Positions 29,254 to 37,703 of a stretch of DNA of 64,000 bases are shown here, piece after piece (position 1 is the first letter of the stretch; the number at the start of each line of letters is the position of its first letter). Below the pieces are notes generated by a model. It was not told where the DNA came from. It saw only the letters and a list, made by a program, of their open reading frames with translations, and did not search any database. The stretch is taken from sequence record DRR723986_2443. One strand, 5' to 3'. The position numbers and the translations under genes were made by a program.

Positions 29254-30345
29254 GTGGCCTTAGAGCTGAAAAATGTCACGAAATCAGTGGGTGGGTTAGA
29301 CCACTTATCTGATATTTCGCTTACCCTTGAGCCGGGCTCTTTCAACACGCTGTTGGGGCCAACACTTTCAGGGAAAACAACTTTGTTGCGCTTAATGGCG
29401 GGCTTGGACAAGCCCACAAGCGGGGCGATCACCCTCAACAGCGTGAGCACAGCCGGGCAGTCCGTGCGTAGCCGCAGCGTTGCGTTTGTTTACCAGCAAT
29501 TTATCAATTATCCCGGCTTTACCGTGTTTGACAATATTGCCTCGCCGCTGAAGGTGGAACGTCAACCGGTTGAGCAAATTCGTGAACGCGTGGAAAAGAT
29601 CTCTGATCTATTGTCGATTGGCCATTTGTTGGAGCGCAAACCGCTTGAGCTTTCGGGCGGTCAGCAACAACGGGTGGCGCTTGGCCGGGCATTGGTGAAA
29701 GGTGCCGAGCTTGTTTTGCTGGATGAACCTCTGGCCAATCTGGACTACAAACTGCGTGAGGAATTGCGGGCGGAATTGCCGCGCCTTTTCGCGGGGTCTG
29801 GCTCAATTGTAGTGTATGCCACCGCTGAACCTGAGGAAGCATTGTTGCTTGGTGGGCAAGTGGCAGTGTTGCATGAAGGGCGTGTTCAACAGGTGGGCCC
29901 AACCGCTGAGGTTTACCGCGCCCCGGCATCTATGCAGGCTGCACGTACTTTTTCTGATCCGCCTTTGAATAGCATCACGGTGACAAAGTCAGCTGATAAG
30001 ATTGTGCTAAATAACATCGAAGTTGTGGTCTCAGAGAAAAGTTTGCTGGGTACGTTACCAGACGGTAGCTATCAGTTTGGTTTCCGGCCGCATCAGCTTC
30101 GCACACAACAAACATCACCTCATGCAGTTGCCATTGAAACGGAGGTAATGCTCACAGAAATTACCGGGTCTGAAAGCTTTATCCATGTGACTGCGCTGGG
30201 TGAGCGCTGGACCGCGCTTGCACACGGTATTCATAACCATGCCATGGGCTCAAAGCTGACTTTGTATCTGGATATGGAAGACCTGTTTGTTTTTGATCAA
30301 ATCGGCGCTGTTGTTAGCGGCGAGAGTGGGGTGAGAAGTGGCTGA
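29254..30345 (+). CDS. ABC transporter ATP-binding protein (GlpS-like)
   Basis: GPTLSGKT, LSGGQQQR, LLDEPLANLDYKLREELR; GTG start after GGGGAG. Confidence 0.88.
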   Translation: MALELKNVTKSVGGLDHLSDISLTLEPGSFNTLLGPTLSGKTTLLRLMAGLDKPTSGAITLNSVSTAGQSVRSRSVAFVYQQFINYPGFTVFDNIASPLKVERQPVEQIRERVEKISDLLSIGHLLERKPLELSGGQQQRVALGRALVKGAELVLLDEPLANLDYKLREELRAELPRLFAGSGSIVVYATAEPEEALLLGGQVAVLHEGRVQQVGPTAEVYRAPASMQAARTFSDPPLNSITVTKSADKIVLNNIEVVVSEKSLLGTLPDGSYQFGFRPHQLRTQQTSPHAVAIETEVMLTEITGSESFIHVTALGERWTALAHGIHNHAMGSKLTLYLDMEDLFVFDQIGAVVSGESGVRSG

Positions 30346-31429
30346 AATTCACCTGAAAGATATTTCGCATAGCTATTTGCCCAGCCCGCAGGGGCCGGAG
30401 GACTATGCGCTAAAGTCGCTTGATCATGTGTGGCAGGATGGTGGTGCCTATGCCCTTTTGGGGCCGTCCGGCTGCGGTAAAACGACTTTATTGAATATCA
30501 TATCTGGTCTGCTGACGCCCTCGGACGGCGCAGTTATGTTCGGCGAGCAGGATGTAACGGCAAAAGATACAGCGCACCGTAATATCGCGCAGGTTTTTCA
30601 GTTCCCGGTCATCTACGACACCATGACTGTTCGCCAGAATTTGGCCTTTCCGCTGCGTAACAGGGGGGTGCCTGCGGCTGATATAGACGCGCGCGTAAAC
30701 GAGGTTGCAGATTTGCTCGGTATTACGGACCGTTTGGGCGACAAAGCCGCTGGTCTTACTGCAGATGCCAAACAAATCATCTCATTAGGGCGAGGGCTGG
30801 TACGCAGGGACGTGAATGCCATCTTGTTTGATGAACCGCTCACGGTGATCGATCCGCACCTGAAATGGCAGTTGCGCTCCAAGTTGAAGGCGCTGCACCA
30901 GCAGTTTGGTTTCACCATGATTTACGTCACCCATGACCAGACAGAGGCATTAACCTTTGCAGACAAAGTTGTGGTGATGAACGACGGCGAAGTATTGCAA
31001 ATTGGCACGCCGGAAGAGTTATTTGAAAAACCCACCCACACCTTTGTTGGGTATTTCATCGGCTCACCGGGCATGAATTTCATGGCCGCAAAAGTGGAAG
31101 GCACCCAAGCCACCGTTGCCGGACAAAAAATCAGGCTTTCCTCTGATTATGGCCAGTTAGCGGGGGATAAGGTCGAAATCGGTATTCGCCCTGAGTTTCT
31201 ATCACTCCGCCCTGGTGGTCATGAGACCGAACACGGGATGAGCGTTACCGTGCAGTCTGTTGAAGATTTGGGTCGGCATCGCATTGTGAAAGCAGATGCG
31301 GCGGGTATCGCGGTTACCATCGTTGTGGCGGAGGGTGAAAACATCCCGGACGGTAAGGCAATTCTTGAGTTCGACCCGTCCCGCACCCTTGTTTACCAGA
31401 ACAGCCGGTTGGTTGAGGGGGCAAGCTGA
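30338..31429 (+). CDS. ABC transporter ATP-binding protein (GlpT-like)
   Basis: GPSGCGKT, atypical signature LTADAKQ, FDEPLTVIDPHLKW, YVTHDQ. Confidence 0.88.
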   Translation: MAEIHLKDISHSYLPSPQGPEDYALKSLDHVWQDGGAYALLGPSGCGKTTLLNIISGLLTPSDGAVMFGEQDVTAKDTAHRNIAQVFQFPVIYDTMTVRQNLAFPLRNRGVPAADIDARVNEVADLLGITDRLGDKAAGLTADAKQIISLGRGLVRRDVNAILFDEPLTVIDPHLKWQLRSKLKALHQQFGFTMIYVTHDQTEALTFADKVVVMNDGEVLQIGTPEELFEKPTHTFVGYFIGSPGMNFMAAKVEGTQATVAGQKIRLSSDYGQLAGDKVEIGIRPEFLSLRPGGHETEHGMSVTVQSVEDLGRHRIVKADAAGIAVTIVVAEGENIPDGKAILEFDPSRTLVYQNSRLVEGAS

Positions 31430-32301
31430 TGCAGAAACAGACCAATCAAAAAGCATGGTTTTTGGTGTTGCCGGTATTTTTGCTGGTGGCTTTTTCCGCC
31501 ATTATTCCATTGATGACGGTGGTGAACTACTCGGTGCAGGACAGTTTCGGCGGCAATGAATTTTACTGGGTTGGCACAGAATGGTTCATTGAAATATTGA
31601 ACTCCGAACGGTTCCATAGCGCGCTGGGACGGCAGCTTTTGTTCTCCGGCCTTGTGCTTGCGATCGAGGTGCCGCTGGGCATTTTCATCGCACTAAGTAT
31701 GCCAAAAAAGGGTTGGGCTGCCTCAGTATGCCTTGTGTTAATGGCCCTGCCGTTATTGATTCCGTGGAATGTGGTGGGCACCATATGGCAGATATTTGCT
31801 AGGGAAGACATTGGTTTGCTTGGCCACACGCTTGCTGCTCTCGGCGTGGATTATAACTATACGCAGGATGCACTCGCGGCCTGGATTACAGTTATTGTCA
31901 TGGATGTTTGGCACTGGACCAGCTTGGTGGTGCTACTCTGCTATGCGGGCCTGTCGTCAATCCCTGACGCTTTTTATCAAGCAGCTAAAATAGACGGTGC
32001 GTCGCGCTGGGCGGTGTTCCGTTATATCCAATTGCCCAAAATGAAACGGGTGTTGCTGATCGCCGTGCTGCTTCGGTTCATGGACAGTTTTATGATCTAT
32101 ACCGAACCCTTTGTGGTCACGGGCGGCGGGCCTGGTAACGCCACCACGTTCCTGTCAATTGATCTGGTAAAAATGGCCATTGGCCAATTTGACCTTGGCC
32201 CGGCCGCGGCCTTCTCGTTGGTGTATTTCCTGATTGTTTTGCTGGTTAGCTGGGTGTTTTACACCGTGGTTACCGCGCAGGATGCGGAGGCGAATACATG
32301 A
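31429..32301 (+). CDS. Carbohydrate ABC permease (GlpP-like)
   Basis: Multiple TM helices; QAAKIDGAS EAA-like loop. Confidence 0.88.
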   Translation: MQKQTNQKAWFLVLPVFLLVAFSAIIPLMTVVNYSVQDSFGGNEFYWVGTEWFIEILNSERFHSALGRQLLFSGLVLAIEVPLGIFIALSMPKKGWAASVCLVLMALPLLIPWNVVGTIWQIFAREDIGLLGHTLAALGVDYNYTQDALAAWITVIVMDVWHWTSLVVLLCYAGLSSIPDAFYQAAKIDGASRWAVFRYIQLPKMKRVLLIAVLLRFMDSFMIYTEPFVVTGGGPGNATTFLSIDLVKMAIGQFDLGPAAAFSLVYFLIVLLVSWVFYTVVTAQDAEANT

Positions 32302-33098
32302 TTAAAAATATTCGTTTCACGCCAATTTTTTACATCATCTTCCTGATGCTGCCGATCTATTGGTTGCTCACCATGTCGCTGAAAACCAATGCGGAAATAC
32401 TTGGTGGCTTTTCGCTGTGGCCCGCTGACCCTACGCTCGCCAACTTTAAAACCATCCTCACTGACGCTAGCTGGTATTCCGGTTATATTAACTCCACTAT
32501 TTATGTGGTGCTGAACACCATCATTTCGCTAGCGGTGGCGCTGCCGGCAGCTTACGCCTTTTCGCGCTACCGTTTCTTGGGTGATAAGCACTTGTTCTTC
32601 TGGTTGCTCAGTAACCGTATGGCACCGCCAGCCGTGTTTGTGTTGCCGTTTTTCCAGCTATATAGCTCCATCGGGTTGTTTGACACGCACATTGCGGTGG
32701 CGTTGGCGCATACGCTGTTTAACGTGCCATTGGCGGTGTGGATTCTGGAAGGTTTCATGTCTGGCGTGCCGAAGGAAATTGACGAAACCGCTGAGATAGA
32801 CGGCTACAGTTTCCCGGCTTTCTTCACTCGCATTTTCATGCCGCTGATCGGTTCAGGCATCGGCGTTGCCGCTTTCTTCTGCTTCATGTTCAGCTGGGTT
32901 GAACTGCTGATCGCCCGCACGCTTACCAGTGTTGACGCCAAACCGATCGCGGCGGTGATGACCCGCACAGTATCAGCCTCGGGCATGGACTGGGGCGTGC
33001 TGGCAGCAGCGGGCATCCTCACCATTGTGCCGGGCGCAATTGTCATTTGGTTCGTGCGTAACCACATCGCCAAGGGCTTCGCCCTAGGAAGAGTTTAG
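32298..33098 (+). CDS. Carbohydrate ABC permease (GlpQ-like)
   Basis: TM helices; DETAEIDG loop; C-terminus AKGFALGRV. Confidence 0.88.
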   Translation: MIKNIRFTPIFYIIFLMLPIYWLLTMSLKTNAEILGGFSLWPADPTLANFKTILTDASWYSGYINSTIYVVLNTIISLAVALPAAYAFSRYRFLGDKHLFFWLLSNRMAPPAVFVLPFFQLYSSIGLFDTHIAVALAHTLFNVPLAVWILEGFMSGVPKEIDETAEIDGYSFPAFFTRIFMPLIGSGIGVAAFFCFMFSWVELLIARTLTSVDAKPIAAVMTRTVSASGMDWGVLAAAGILTIVPGAIVIWFVRNHIAKGFALGRV

Positions 33099-33107
33099 GA
33101 GGCAGTA

Positions 33108-33389
33108 ATGGATTTTGCATGGATGGGATGGACGGTGTTTACCGGCGTGTTTTTCGCCAGCATTGCGCTGTTTCTGATTTGCATGATTGTGTGGGAAGTT
33201 GCCCGCCCCGGCGGTGCACCGCGCGTCGGTGTGCTCAGGTTTGAAACCACCCGGGGTGACCGATTGTTTGTGTCATTACTGGGCAGCGCCTTCATTTACT
33301 TGGGTTGGTTGTTCTTCGGCGGTACAGACCTTTGGTGGGCGCTTGGTTTGTCGGCGCTGTATGCCCTCGCGGTGTTTCGCTGGGTTTAA
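33108..33389 (+). CDS. Small membrane protein DUF2160 (GlpU-like)
   Basis: WMGWT...TTRGDRLFVSLLGSAF; position after the permeases. Confidence 0.85.
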   Translation: MDFAWMGWTVFTGVFFASIALFLICMIVWEVARPGGAPRVGVLRFETTRGDRLFVSLLGSAFIYLGWLFFGGTDLWWALGLSALYALAVFRWV

Positions 33390-33494
33390 GGCGGAGCTGG
33401 AGCGATAGCATCGTGCTCTGTACTCGTCCTCTATCGCGCCTTTTGTTCCATACCACTGCTATGTATAGTTGGCTTAATTACAAGGGAGGAAGAC

Positions 33495-33878
33495 ATGCTG
33501 AAGTCACTGCTTTTAGCGGCGCTTTTTGTGCTGAATATCCAGAGTGTATATGCCGCTGATCAGACAAGGCCCGTGCGCGATGTCATTATTGTTGATGTGA
33601 ACGGCGACTTGGATGGGTTTCTTGATCGCATGAAGCGGGTGAAAGGTGTTGCCGACAGGCTGGAATTGCCGGTGACCATGAGGGTGTTTCAAGGCACCTT
33701 TGCAGGTCCGCAAAACGGTGATATTTTTCTTTACTGGGAGCTGCCGAGTTTCATTGAATTTGCCGAAGCCGAAACCGCGATACATCAGGATGCCGAATTT
33801 TTGGAAATTCTCGCAGAACTGGATGCAGCAGGTCAAAGCTTCAAGTCTGAGTTTCTGACGATTGAAATTACCAAATAA
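33495..33878 (+). CDS. Hypothetical exported protein
   Basis: GGAGG RBS, signal peptide (MLKSLLLAALFVLNIQSVYA), 127 aa. Confidence 0.7.
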   Translation: MLKSLLLAALFVLNIQSVYAADQTRPVRDVIIVDVNGDLDGFLDRMKRVKGVADRLELPVTMRVFQGTFAGPQNGDIFLYWELPSFIEFAEAETAIHQDAEFLEILAELDAAGQSFKSEFLTIEITK

Positions 33879-33901
33879 GCATTGATTTTCCGGCGAAGGG
33901 G

Positions 33902-35803
33902 TTACTTACAAGTAAACTGCCCGTCTGAACCGTCTGTGCCGGGGTTGGGTTTGCATAGGTCTGGCCAGCCATGGTTCTGCCATATGTGTAACAGGCCGAT
34001 GCGTTCGGCGAATGTCGGGAAATCAGGGTGCTGCCGCAGGGCTTTCTGATGCGTGTCAAATGGATCCCATAAATTGTTCAATACTTGCAAATTCCCGGCA
34101 AAAACATTGTTTTGATAGTTGGCAAAAAACAGGTCTATCTCACCGACACCTATCAGAGTGCCAAGAATAGTTTGGTTTACCTTTGCATTTGGCTGATTGA
34201 GCAATGCTAAAATAAAGTTTTTTATTTGCCCTTTTGCCTCGTCATCCCCACCCCATCGGGCCTGTGCATAAAGCCTCCATAGCTTAGGGTCGCGGACCTC
34301 ACTTGCATATTGCTCACCCCACTCATCGTAGCCGCCCATAAAGGTCTCAATTGCTCCTTGCGGGTCCCCTTCAGCAAACTTCATTGAGGCCTCGGTAATA
34401 GCGACCGCTCCGAAGCCTAATTCCTTTGCATGGTTGAGGTAGGGCTGTGCAGCTTCAAAATCACCGCGCAAGTAGTACATTTGGCCAATATTCCATATGG
34501 TGTCAGACCGAAGAGGCTCCAGCTCTAATGATTTTTTAAAGTAAGGTATAGCCGCCGTAGTTTGCCCAAACGCTGCAGCAGAGTAAGCCCGGTAAAATAC
34601 ATAATGCTCGTCACCTGATAACTTTTTTTCTGATTTATAGAAAGTATCAGTTGTTTCAGCAAGATTTCCTCGCTGCCAATCATTGATCAGAAGTTGTGTC
34701 TTGGCGGGTAGATAATTTGGGTTTACGGCCAGCACACGGTAGGTTGCGCGTCGAGCCGCATCCAGATGAGCTTCATCATCCGCTGTTGCGTATATAGAAT
34801 ATCCAGAATGAGCGCGCGCAAGGCTATGCCATGCTTCTACAAATTCAGGGTCAATTTCCACCGCTCGTTCAAACAACTCAATAGCTTCGGCAAACGCGCC
34901 TTCTACCCAAAACTGATATTTTTTTTCGTTGCCTTTCAGATAGAGGTCATAGGCCTCGGTGCTGTCCGTCAGCTTTTCTGCAATTCGAACATTGTCATCA
35001 ACATTCAGCAAAACCTTTAACTCGCCAGCGATGGCTCGTGAAATTTCTTCTTGAAGGTCAAATATATTTTCTAGCGTGCCGTCATAGGTTTCCGACCATA
35101 GGTGAATGCCATCTTCAGCCTTGATAAGCTGGGCTGTGATGCGTACTGCATCGCCCTGTTTGCGCACGCTGCCCTCAAGCACGTGCAAAACATTCAGCGC
35201 TGCGCCAATTTCCTGAATAGTGCTGTCTTTGCCCTTGAAAGAAAAAGACGATGTGCGGCCTGCTACGCGCAGTTTTGGCACCTTTACCAGCGCATTCAAT
35301 ATTTCTTCTGCCATTCCGTCCGAGAAATATTCCTGGTCACCTGATGCACTCATGTCCGCAAAGGGCAGCACAGCAATCGAGGTGGAAGATGAGACTTGAA
35401 CTGGTGCATCTGCAGTGGTCTGCGGGTTGCCACCAGCACTTTGCCCTGTTGGTTTAGGCTGAGACACTGTTTGCCAAACAAGCAAACCCGCGACAGCCAC
35501 GAGGCCAGCTAAAATCGCTACATTCAGTTTCTTGCCCGTTTCATCCCGAACGCTCTCGCCTTTTGGCACGGCTTCGGTTCTTTTCATGCCTTCGGGGGTT
35601 AATTCAAACGCCCATGCGACAATCAATGCAATTGGGAAGCCCACAACAAGCAGTAGCGCAAAAAAACTGTCTACCCAATCAGGTAGCAGCAGAGCAGGGG
35701 TCATGACTGAGATAACCTGCATTATCAACCATGATACGACCACATAAACGCCCGCGACCCGGAAGATGTTGCGTCGTTTCAATTCTGTGAAAATGTTATT
35801 CAC
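33902..35803 (-). CDS. Membrane protein with TolB-like (SIAVLPF) domain and TPR repeats
   Basis: ELKRRNIFRV + 3 TM; SIAVLPFADMS...EYFSDGMAEEI, LEGSVRK, LWSETYD; TPR-like helices. Confidence 0.85.
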   Translation of the reverse strand: MNNIFTELKRRNIFRVAGVYVVVSWLIMQVISVMTPALLLPDWVDSFFALLLVVGFPIALIVAWAFELTPEGMKRTEAVPKGESVRDETGKKLNVAILAGLVAVAGLLVWQTVSQPKPTGQSAGGNPQTTADAPVQVSSSTSIAVLPFADMSASGDQEYFSDGMAEEILNALVKVPKLRVAGRTSSFSFKGKDSTIQEIGAALNVLHVLEGSVRKQGDAVRITAQLIKAEDGIHLWSETYDGTLENIFDLQEEISRAIAGELKVLLNVDDNVRIAEKLTDSTEAYDLYLKGNEKKYQFWVEGAFAEAIELFERAVEIDPEFVEAWHSLARAHSGYSIYATADDEAHLDAARRATYRVLAVNPNYLPAKTQLLINDWQRGNLAETTDTFYKSEKKLSGDEHYVFYRAYSAAAFGQTTAAIPYFKKSLELEPLRSDTIWNIGQMYYLRGDFEAAQPYLNHAKELGFGAVAITEASMKFAEGDPQGAIETFMGGYDEWGEQYASEVRDPKLWRLYAQARWGGDDEAKGQIKNFILALLNQPNAKVNQTILGTLIGVGEIDLFFANYQNNVFAGNLQVLNNLWDPFDTHQKALRQHPDFPTFAERIGLLHIWQNHGWPDLCKPNPGTDGSDGQFTCK

Positions 35804-35942
35804 ATAGTCCCCTATATTGCCTTCAGTAATTCCTTACATGATACAGGTTATATTGTCTTGAATATTATCACGGCTGACAATGGTGTTTTGTCTGACCGAA
35901 TTTCGTTCTATGTTACGGACTTAAGGGTCAAGGAGAGAGCAT

Positions 35943-37661
35943 GTGAAGTGTATTATTAAAACAGCGGCGTTGATGGCAGCGCTTGCAGTGTCTGCATCGG
36001 TTCAGGCAAACGATGAAGCAGCACGCAAGTGGATTGACGCTGAATTCCAGCCTTCTACGCTGACCAAAGACCAGCAAGCTAGTGAAATGGCGTGGTTTGC
36101 CGCCGCCGCCGCGCCGTTCAAGGGCATGGAAATTAACGTGGTGTCAGAAACCCTGACCACCCATGAGTATGAAGCCAAAGTGCTGGCGCAGGCCTTTTTT
36201 GAGATTACCGGCATTCGGGTGAACCACGACCTGATCGGTGAAGGCGATGTGGTTGAAAAGCTACAAACCCAGATGCAGTCGGGTCGCAATATTTATGATG
36301 CTTACATCAACGACAGCGACCTGATCGGCACGCATTACCGTTACAACCAAGTGCGGAACCTGACCGACTGGATGGCAGGCGAGGGTGCAAGTGTGACGTC
36401 GCCAACGCTCGATATAGATGATTTCATTGGCAAAAGCTTCACCACCGCACCGGACGGAAAGTTATACCAGCTGCCGGACCAGCAATTCGCCAACCTATAT
36501 TGGTTCCGGTATGACTGGTTCACCAACCCTGACCTGAAAGCGCAGTTTAAAGCCAAATATGGCTATGATTTGGGCGTGCCGGTGAATTGGTCAGCTTATG
36601 AAGACATCGCCAACTTCTTCAGCAATGATGTGGGCGAAATTAACGGCGAAAAAGTATACGGCCATATGGACTACGGCAAGAAAGACCCGTCGCTAGGCTG
36701 GCGTTTCACCGATGCGTGGCTTTCGATGGCGGGTGCGGGCGATGTGGGCCTGCCCAACGGCAAACCGGTGGACGAATGGGGCATTAGGGTTGAAGGCTGC
36801 CACCCTGCGGGTTCAAGCGTAACACGCGGCGGTGCCACCAACGGCCCGGCGGCGGTGTATTCGGTGACCAAATATATTGATTGGTTGCAAAATTATGCCC
36901 CGCCAACCGCAGGCGGCATGACCTTTAGCGAGGCTGGCCCGGTTCCGGCGCAGGGGGCCATTGCCCAGCAAATTTTCTGGTACACTGCTTTTACCGCCGA
37001 CATGGTGAAGCCCGGCATTGCCGTCATGGACGGTGAAAGCCCCAAATGGCGCATGGCGCCAAGCCCGCGCGGCGCTTACTACGACGAAGGCATGAAGCTG
37101 GGGTATCAGGACACCGGCGCATGGACCCTGATGAAATCAACCCCGGTTGATCGGGCGCAGGCGGCTTGGCTTTATGCGCAGTTCGTTGTGTCCAAAACTG
37201 TGAGCTTGAAGAAAAGCCATGTGGGCCTGACCTTTGTGCGCGAAAGCGACATTTGGGATGATAGTATGACGGAGCGCGCGCCCGCGCTGGGTGGGCTGGT
37301 TGAATTTTACCGGTCTAACTCTCGTATTCTCTGGACACCCACCGGCACCAACATTCCTGATTACCCGCGCCTTGCACAGCTATGGTGGCAAGACATCGGC
37401 GATGCGATTTCGGGCGATAAAACCCCGCAAGAGGCCCTGGACAGCCTTGCCAACCAACAAGACCGTATCCTCCGCCGTCTTGAGCGTGCGAACGTGCAGA
37501 AAACCTGCGGGCCAAAGTTGAATGCGCCCAAGAGCGCTGATTATTGGCTCAACCAGCCCGGCGCGCCTAAAGCAAAACTGGCTAACGAAAAACCGCAGGG
37601 CGTGACTGTTGACTATGATGAGTTGATCAAATCGTGGGCGGCAGTGCCGAGAGGCGAATAA
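35943..37661 (+). CDS. ABC substrate-binding protein (GlpV-like)
   Basis: Signal peptide; EFQPSTL, VSETLTTHEYE, QLPDQQFANLYWFR, KKDPSLGWRFTDAW. Confidence 0.88.
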   Translation: MKCIIKTAALMAALAVSASVQANDEAARKWIDAEFQPSTLTKDQQASEMAWFAAAAAPFKGMEINVVSETLTTHEYEAKVLAQAFFEITGIRVNHDLIGEGDVVEKLQTQMQSGRNIYDAYINDSDLIGTHYRYNQVRNLTDWMAGEGASVTSPTLDIDDFIGKSFTTAPDGKLYQLPDQQFANLYWFRYDWFTNPDLKAQFKAKYGYDLGVPVNWSAYEDIANFFSNDVGEINGEKVYGHMDYGKKDPSLGWRFTDAWLSMAGAGDVGLPNGKPVDEWGIRVEGCHPAGSSVTRGGATNGPAAVYSVTKYIDWLQNYAPPTAGGMTFSEAGPVPAQGAIAQQIFWYTAFTADMVKPGIAVMDGESPKWRMAPSPRGAYYDEGMKLGYQDTGAWTLMKSTPVDRAQAAWLYAQFVVSKTVSLKKSHVGLTFVRESDIWDDSMTERAPALGGLVEFYRSNSRILWTPTGTNIPDYPRLAQLWWQDIGDAISGDKTPQEALDSLANQQDRILRRLERANVQKTCGPKLNAPKSADYWLNQPGAPKAKLANEKPQGVTVDYDELIKSWAAVPRGE

Positions 37662-37703
37662 AATTATAACTGGCATAAAACGGCTTTTAGGGAAGACGGC
37701 TAC

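Noticed and set aside
33402-33444. Terminator after the glpU-like gene (GCGATAG...CTATCGC + TTTT)
   Set aside because: Only a 7-bp stem with a 22-nt loop; too weak to call
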